From the NCBI GenBank assembly GCA_016186645.1, contig JACPLF010000007.1, positions 75,151-124,650 on the forward strand: DNA of 49,500 bases, written 5' to 3'. This DNA is from Candidatus Levyibacteriota bacterium (GTDB taxonomy: Bacteria; Patescibacteriota; Microgenomatia; Levybacterales; UBA12049). This document shows, piece by piece, positions 43,427-49,500 of the stretch. A program made the translations under genes and the position numbers. The notes beneath the pieces were generated by a model, which was not told where the DNA came from, searched no databases, and was given only the letters and a program-made list of their open reading frames with translations. Positions within the stretch are counted from its first letter, which is position 1, and each line of letters starts with the position of its first letter.

Positions 43427-44916
43427 CAGCTTTTTTTCAAAAAATATTTAAACGTTATCCAATAAAAACCAGACGCGGCCTAGAATTTCTTCCAGGCATG
43501 GTATCTTGGACATTAATTCTTTTCCCTATATGGGGTTCAATTTTGATACCCTATATTGTTGCGTATTTTATCCTATTTTTTGACGTTTATTGGTTTTATA
43601 AATCGTTCTCTCTTGCTATAAATGCGTATAGGGCTTCACAGAAGATCAAAAAAGCAGAACAGGAGAATTGGCTGAAAAAATTAGAAAAGTTAAAAGATTA
43701 CAAAAAAGTCAAACATGTCTTAATAATCCCCAACTACAAAGAAAATCTAAGTAAGTTAAGGCGAACCATTCAATCTATTGCCTCCCAGACTCTACCTATA
43801 AAGCAAATTTTCATTGTCTTGGGAATGGAAAAAAGAGAAACAGATGGGATGGAAAAAGCAAAAACTCTTATAAAAGAGTTCAAAAACAAATTTGGAGATA
43901 TTTTTGCGACTTATCATCCCGATATTGATGGTGAGGTCAAAGGAAAGTCATCCAATGAATCCTATGCTTCAAAAAAAGCTTACCGTAAACTTATACAGAC
44001 GGAGATCATAGATATCAATTTTGCAACTGTTTCGTCTGTTGATGCAGATTCTGTTTTTGACAAACAATATTTTTCCTATCTATCCTACAAATTCTTAACT
44101 GACAACTTAAGATACAATAAATTCTGGCAGTCAGCGAATGTAAATCATAATAATTTCTGGACTGTTCCGGCCCCAATTAGAATAATCGCATTTTTTGGAA
44201 GTCTTTGGAGAACAGCTCTCCTTGTTCAAAAAGATCGCCTGATTTCTAATTCAACATATTCCCTATCCTTTTCTCTTCTTAAAAAAATCGGATTTTGGGA
44301 TACAGATGTTATCCCTGAAGATTACAGAATATTCTTTAAAGCTTTCTACCGCCTTCAAGGCAGAGTCTGGATAGATCCGATATTTTTGAAAACTTCTATG
44401 GACGCTCCTCTTTCTACAAGTTATGTAAAAAGTCTTAAAAATAAATATCAGCAGGAAAGACGCTGGTCTTGGGGCGCTTCTGATGATCATTTGTATATAA
44501 AGTGGTGGCTTACAGTTCCAAATGTTCCATTCTTAAGAAAAACAATTATGCTGTATAACGTCCTTTTGGATCATTTCTTGTGGCCAGTTAACTGGTTCGT
44601 AATAACTATTGCAGCAAATATTATTCCATTCACTAATCCTGCATTTCAAAGGACAACGCTTGGATATAGCTTGCCAAACCTAGCTGGATTGATATTAACA
44701 TCATGCCTAGCAGCTCTTCTTGCAATGGTAATAATTGATTTTAGAAATAGGCCAAAAAATCCCTCTGTTTCCAAATTTAGAGAACTTCTTTTCCCAATGC
44801 AGCTTATTCTAATTCCAGTTGTTGGATTCTTTCTCTCAACTCTGCCTGCCTTAATTTCCCATACTCAATTAATAAGAGGGAGAAGGCTTGAGTATAAGGT
44901 CACCGAAAAGTTATGA
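43423..44916 (+). CDS. Membrane GT2-family glycosyltransferase
   Basis: IPNYKE, GKSSN, DADS, IPED, QERRW (QxxRW). Confidence 0.88.
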   Translation: MTAFFQKIFKRYPIKTRRGLEFLPGMVSWTLILFPIWGSILIPYIVAYFILFFDVYWFYKSFSLAINAYRASQKIKKAEQENWLKKLEKLKDYKKVKHVLIIPNYKENLSKLRRTIQSIASQTLPIKQIFIVLGMEKRETDGMEKAKTLIKEFKNKFGDIFATYHPDIDGEVKGKSSNESYASKKAYRKLIQTEIIDINFATVSSVDADSVFDKQYFSYLSYKFLTDNLRYNKFWQSANVNHNNFWTVPAPIRIIAFFGSLWRTALLVQKDRLISNSTYSLSFSLLKKIGFWDTDVIPEDYRIFFKAFYRLQGRVWIDPIFLKTSMDAPLSTSYVKSLKNKYQQERRWSWGASDDHLYIKWWLTVPNVPFLRKTIMLYNVLLDHFLWPVNWFVITIAANIIPFTNPAFQRTTLGYSLPNLAGLILTSCLAALLAMVIIDFRNRPKNPSVSKFRELLFPMQLILIPVVGFFLSTLPALISHTQLIRGRRLEYKVTEKL

Positions 44917-46343
44917 AGGTACTAAAAAGACTTGAGAGAAGCCGGGCATTTTGGTTTGTCATATTAACCTCATGTCTATTTTTCTTATTAAGACTCCCCT
45001 CACTTTTTGAACCAATTTGGTACGGAGATGAAGGAATATATCAGGTAATCGGAAACTCTCTTAATAATGGTAGACTATTATATTCAGAAATATTTGACAA
45101 CAAGCCTCCTCTTTTATATTGGCTATATGCAATTCTGAATTCTGATCAATTTACAGTTAGACTTGCATCTTTGATTTTTGGCTTGCTCTCGGTAATATTT
45201 TTCTTCTTCTTATCTAAAAAGCTTTTCGCAAACAAAAATAGAATACACTTTATGACAACTTTTATCTTCGCGATTTTATTCGGGCTGCCTATTCTTGAAG
45301 GAAATATTGCTAATGCAGAAAATTTTATGTTGCTGCCTATTCTAATTGCAGCTTTTCTTGTTGTAAGTCAAAAAAAATATTTTCTAGCAGGACTACTCTT
45401 GGGAATAGCTTTTCTTTTTAAGATTGTTGCTATTTTCGATATGAGTGCATTTCTAATCTTCTATTTTATTGTAAATTTTGGTTCTTTAAAAAAAACTATT
45501 AAGTTTCCTTCCATAATTGCAGGATTTTTTCTACCTACAATTGCAGTCTCTATCTACTTTTTGCTGAATAATACATTTATTGATTTTGTAAAAGCGGCTT
45601 TTCTTGCAAATATTTCTTATGTGAGTTACGGAAATAAAATTGGCGGAATTCCGATTCTTCTTTTCATAAAACTTGCAGTATTGGGACTTTTTACTTTATA
45701 TCTTTTTGTAAAGAGAAAAGCTTTTACCAACACCTTTCTTTTTATACTTTTGTGGTTTGCTTTTTCCAGCTTCAATGCATTGTTTTCTCAAAGACCATAT
45801 ACTCATTATCTTTTGGTTTTAATTCCTAGCTTGTCCCTAATGATAGGTTTAATTTTGTTTGATAAAAAATATCAAAAAACAATTGCTATAGTTTTTATTA
45901 TTGCTTTATTGACAATACTTAAAACTTTTGGGATACCCAATTTTAGTAAAAGTATTAGCTATTATCAAAACTTTATCTCCTATGTGAATGGTGAAAAAAC
46001 TATGGTTTCCTATCAGGGATTTTTTGATAGAAATACTCCATTTGACTATGAAGTTGCGCGCTTTATTAAACCTAAGTTAAATAGAAACGAAACTATCTTT
46101 GTTTGGGGCAATAATGCTCAAATTTATGAGTTAGTTGGTGTCATTGCTCCTACAAAATATGTTGTTGCTTATCATATATCCAATTACAAAGATGGTGCCA
46201 CAAATACAAAAAATGCAATTGAAAAAACAAAACCAAAATTTATTGTTGTGATGACAAATAGTAATCCAATTCCATTTCCGTTGATTGGTTATTCAAAAAA
46301 AATAAATATTAATAAGGCTGCTGTCTATGAAAGAATTTTTTAA
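44913..46343 (+). CDS. GT-C fold glycosyltransferase (ArnT/PMT-like)
   Basis: YGDEGIY, FDNKPP, multi-TM. Confidence 0.8.
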   Translation: MKVLKRLERSRAFWFVILTSCLFFLLRLPSLFEPIWYGDEGIYQVIGNSLNNGRLLYSEIFDNKPPLLYWLYAILNSDQFTVRLASLIFGLLSVIFFFFLSKKLFANKNRIHFMTTFIFAILFGLPILEGNIANAENFMLLPILIAAFLVVSQKKYFLAGLLLGIAFLFKIVAIFDMSAFLIFYFIVNFGSLKKTIKFPSIIAGFFLPTIAVSIYFLLNNTFIDFVKAAFLANISYVSYGNKIGGIPILLFIKLAVLGLFTLYLFVKRKAFTNTFLFILLWFAFSSFNALFSQRPYTHYLLVLIPSLSLMIGLILFDKKYQKTIAIVFIIALLTILKTFGIPNFSKSISYYQNFISYVNGEKTMVSYQGFFDRNTPFDYEVARFIKPKLNRNETIFVWGNNAQIYELVGVIAPTKYVVAYHISNYKDGATNTKNAIEKTKPKFIVVMTNSNPIPFPLIGYSKKININKAAVYERIF

Positions 46344-46680
46344 AGATATCTCTCACGACAAAACTATTGTCCCAGCATTTTTCATAAATGGATTTTTTAT
46401 AATTGTCTCTATTATTTTTATCTTGTTCTCTTATTCGAAACTCCCTCCATTTATTCCGATTTTTAATCAGCTTCCTTGGGGAGAGCAAAGACTTGGATCG
46501 ACTCTTAGCATATTTATTCCGGTTTTAGCGGTACTTTTGATTCTTATTATAAATATATTTACTAGCGCCTTAATTTATAAAAAGACACCTCTTGTTGCTC
46601 GTATGCTTGCAGCTGTCAGTCTTCTTTCCTCAGTTCTAACTTGTCTTTTTATTATAAAAACCGTCACATTAATGGTCTGA
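46327..46680 (+). CDS. Small 3-TM membrane protein (DUF1648-like)
   Basis: LPP.IP.F...PWG..L motif. Confidence 0.6.
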   Translation: MKEFFKDISHDKTIVPAFFINGFFIIVSIIFILFSYSKLPPFIPIFNQLPWGEQRLGSTLSIFIPVLAVLLILIINIFTSALIYKKTPLVARMLAAVSLLSSVLTCLFIIKTVTLMV

Positions 46681-46682
46681 AA

Positions 46683-47741
46683 ATGATAATATTTTATCCA
46701 TTCATCATTGCTTTTATTATAACCGCTGTCATAACCCCCTTGTCTTTGATAATCATAAAAAAAATGGGTCTTGTTGATGACCCAAAACGTCATAAGCATC
46801 CGGGAATGATACATAAAAAACCTACTCCGCGAGGCGGAGGAATTCCTCTTTTCTTAGGGATTGTCATCGCAGGAATATTCTTTCTGCCTCTTACGAAAGC
46901 TGTGATTGCGCTTTTTGCTGCCGGCTCTATTGCTCTTTTTACAGGAATAGTCGATGATAAATACGATATCTCTCCTTACCTGCGTTTCATCGTAAACATT
47001 GCAGTTGCATTAATTGTTGTTACAGCGGGAATCACTGTTCCTTTTATAACAAATCCGTTTGGAGGGATACTTTTTCTCAATTCAATATCTTTCCATTTTG
47101 GATTTTTTACAATTATCCTTTCTGATGTTATTGCGATACTTTGGATTATTTGGGTAATGAACATGTTGAATTGGAGTAAAGGTGTTGATGGTCAAATGCC
47201 AGGAATTGTTGCAATAAGTGCCTTAACAATTGGGATTCTTAGTCTCCGATTTGGAATCTCTGATCCATCTAGTCAAATAGCTGCCAATTTATCGTTCATA
47301 ATAGCAGGAGCATCTTTGGGATTTTTGATATTTAATTTTCATCCGGCAAGGATATTCCCAGGATATGGAGCAACCGCAGTTTATTTACTTCTTAGTGCTG
47401 TATCAATTTTATCAGGAGCAAAATTGGCAACAGCGATTCTTGTTATGGGAGTACCGATGATAGATGGAATTTTTACAATAATGCGCCGTGTTCTTTCAGG
47501 ACGCTCCCCTTTCTGGCATGACAAGAAACATCTCCATCACCTGCTTTTAAGCTTTGGCATAGGACAAAGATATATCGCATTGTTTTATTGGATAATCTCT
47601 GCTATATTAGGGACGCTTGCACTGGTTTTATCAAGTCAGGCAAAACTTTTTGCAATTATAATGTTACTAATCGTAGTAGGCGGATCATTACTTTTTCTGC
47701 ATCGTATTCTAAAAAACACATATGATGAAGATCGCCTATAA
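46683..47741 (+). CDS. WecA/TagO-like polyprenyl-phosphate sugar-1-phosphate transferase (MraY family)
   Basis: PRGGG, GIVDD, KGVDG, FNFHPARIF, HLHH; start likely ATG 46683. Confidence 0.88.
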   Translation: MIIFYPFIIAFIITAVITPLSLIIIKKMGLVDDPKRHKHPGMIHKKPTPRGGGIPLFLGIVIAGIFFLPLTKAVIALFAAGSIALFTGIVDDKYDISPYLRFIVNIAVALIVVTAGITVPFITNPFGGILFLNSISFHFGFFTIILSDVIAILWIIWVMNMLNWSKGVDGQMPGIVAISALTIGILSLRFGISDPSSQIAANLSFIIAGASLGFLIFNFHPARIFPGYGATAVYLLLSAVSILSGAKLATAILVMGVPMIDGIFTIMRRVLSGRSPFWHDKKHLHHLLLSFGIGQRYIALFYWIISAILGTLALVLSSQAKLFAIIMLLIVVGGSLLFLHRILKNTYDEDRL

Positions 47742-48666
47742 CACTTTAAGATTACTTAGACCCCGACAGTGGATAAAAAATACTGCAATTTTTGCCGCAA
47801 TAACATTTTCCGGAGATCTGTTTGATGCGTTAATTTTAGAGAAAGTATTTCTTGCTTTTCTTGTATTTTGCAGTCTTTCTTCTGCAAGCTACATTATTAA
47901 TGACATCTTTGATATAAAAAAAGACAGGCTCCATCCATTCAAAAGATTCAGACCCCTTGCGAATAAAGACTTAACAAAAAGTTACGCACTAACTGTTGCA
48001 ATCATCTTGGTTATAGCCTCTTTTATCTTGGGAGCAATGGTTACTCCGGCATTTTTTATACTGCAAATTATATATTTGCTCGTTCAGTTCCTATACTCAA
48101 CTAGTCTAAAAACAATTGCCATTGTAGATATTTTGGCGATAGCATTCGGATACATATTGAGAGTATATGCGGGAGAATTGGCTGGCGGAGTTCATATTTC
48201 TGTCTGGCTTTTGCTAACAACGATTTCCCTCTCACTATTCTTGGCTATTGGAAAAAGAAGATCGGAATTAACTCTTGTTTCTCAAAGCAAATCAGTGAAT
48301 ATAGCAGATATCAGAAAAGCTTTGTCTCACTACTCTGAAAGACTTTTGGATGTATATGCGTCTATTTTCGCAACTTCAACATTTGTTTCCTACACTCTTT
48401 TTACTTTTTTGGAAAATCCTCGCGGATTTAATTTGGGACTAAGTATTTTTCTGCCGGATTTTCTACCGGCGTTCTTCCAAAGGAAATGGCTCATGATAAC
48501 AATAATTCCTGTTGTCTATGGACTCATGAGATACCTGCAGGATATTTATGAAAAGCACGAGGGGGAAAGTCCGGAAAGAGTGCTTACATCTGATAAACCA
48601 TTACTTCTAACAGTAATCATTTGGACTGCTTTGGTTATTGCTATAATTTACGTAATAGGCCCCTAA
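47722..48666 (+). CDS. UbiA-family decaprenyl-phosphate phosphoribosyltransferase-like protein
   Basis: LLRPRQWIKN, YIINDIFD...DRLHP.KR.RPLA, LAIGKRRSE. Confidence 0.85.
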   Translation: MMKIAYNTLRLLRPRQWIKNTAIFAAITFSGDLFDALILEKVFLAFLVFCSLSSASYIINDIFDIKKDRLHPFKRFRPLANKDLTKSYALTVAIILVIASFILGAMVTPAFFILQIIYLLVQFLYSTSLKTIAIVDILAIAFGYILRVYAGELAGGVHISVWLLLTTISLSLFLAIGKRRSELTLVSQSKSVNIADIRKALSHYSERLLDVYASIFATSTFVSYTLFTFLENPRGFNLGLSIFLPDFLPAFFQRKWLMITIIPVVYGLMRYLQDIYEKHEGESPERVLTSDKPLLLTVIIWTALVIAIIYVIGP

Positions 48667-49500
48667 TTATTCTTTGACTGCATAAGCGGAATTTACCCAC
48701 CCTGTTTTTCCAGTATTAAGTTTTATTTCAAACCAATTCTCTTTTTCAGAAACTAATTCATAAGTTTCCCCTGGAGTAACTCTAGCTATTTCTGCAGATG
48801 CGATTGAGCTATCTTCTCTGACTCTTAAAAATCCTGTTGGAGTATTCAAGATAAGAACTTTAGAAACCTTATTCTCCGGAGAAATTGAGGCCTGAGATGA
48901 CGCTACAGGTGTTGGAGATAAATCAACTTTCACTCCCAAAAAAAGCAGAGCATTCAGCTTAAACCCCAATGCAGTTTTAATTTTTATAGATTTATCTTTA
49001 TAACCATCCTGAGTTATTCTTAGATCGTGATCGGATTCGCTGACTTGCTTTAGAAGTAAAGGCGTAACACCAACAGGATTATTGTCTAAAAAAACATTTG
49101 CTCTATCAGGCAAAGAAATTACCAGAACTTCTATGTCTTTTTTATCATTTAATGGAGACAAACTGATAATGCTCCCATCACTTTCTCCGCTATCTGCGAA
49201 TGTCCTGTCTACAACAGTTAGGGTTCCTTTATTTATAGTAATTTTATTTTCAAATGGTCTAAAATTTTCCTGAACTGGAACAAGTTTAACCGTATGATCC
49301 CCAATGTCTAACATTTGCTCTAGTTCACAAGCACACAAAGGGGTTGTTCCTAATAATTTATTTTCTAAATAAACTTTGCTTTGCGGAACTGAAGTAACTT
49401 GAAGCGCTCCTTTTCCGCCTTTTCTATCCAGAAAAAATAAGATTCCGAAAAAAATTGCAATTGCAATTAAAAGCGGCGCCAAAAACAACAAAACCTTTTT
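48667..49500 (-). CDS. Membrane-anchored PEGA x2 plus SH3b protein (start lies beyond the right edge)
   Basis: LQVTSVP...GTTP and ISLPD...GVTP PEGA motifs; TGFLRVR...W..I...GWV SH3b; frame open to 49500. Confidence 0.85.
   Translation of the reverse strand, partial: KKVLLFLAPLLIAIAIFFGILFFLDRKGGKGALQVTSVPQSKVYLENKLLGTTPLCACELEQMLDIGDHTVKLVPVQENFRPFENKITINKGTLTVVDRTFADSGESDGSIISLSPLNDKKDIEVLVISLPDRANVFLDNNPVGVTPLLLKQVSESDHDLRITQDGYKDKSIKIKTALGFKLNALLFLGVKVDLSPTPVASSQASISPENKVSKVLILNTPTGFLRVREDSSIASAEIARVTPGETYELVSEKENWFEIKLNTGKTGWVNSAYAVKE

Overview
AT-rich, densely packed chromosomal segment of a bacterium that is most likely Patescibacteria/CPR (Microgenomates-like). This placement is inferred from the shortened AlaRS, IF-2, HrcA and MetRS, the Zn-finger-less DnaJ, the archaeal-type AMP phosphorylase and the DUF5674 gene. 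The backbone is housekeeping: rpoB (5' part), nth, alaS, sortase, mltG, ftsK, rnj, pnp, rpsO, infB, nusA, hrcA-grpE-dnaK-dnaJ, metG, tatD and a polyprenol-linked glycosylation cluster. Small accessory cassettes interrupt it: three TA modules, a HipA-like kinase pair inside the dnaK-dnaJ operon, and a Kelch/TMTC/DUF2079 island. I saw no rRNA, tRNA, CRISPR array, transposase or integrase. Three signals are not explained by the gene list. (1) Several families of 16-70 bp palindromes and 7/9-mer periodic repeats sit in frame inside core genes (rpoB, alaS x2, rnj, pnp x3, nusA, infB, dnaJ, dnaK, tatD, a Clp ATPase, a DHH protein), and related repeats fill intergenic spacers. One family adds the same PS(A/T)xSG(Q/R)-type peptide five times to four unrelated proteins. 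(2) A synonymously diverged second copy of the last 18 codons plus stop of rnj brackets a 5.4 kb integrase-free island. (3) A 26-27 bp direct repeat brackets a self-contained TA cassette. All calls come from reading the sequence and recognising motifs; no searches were run.
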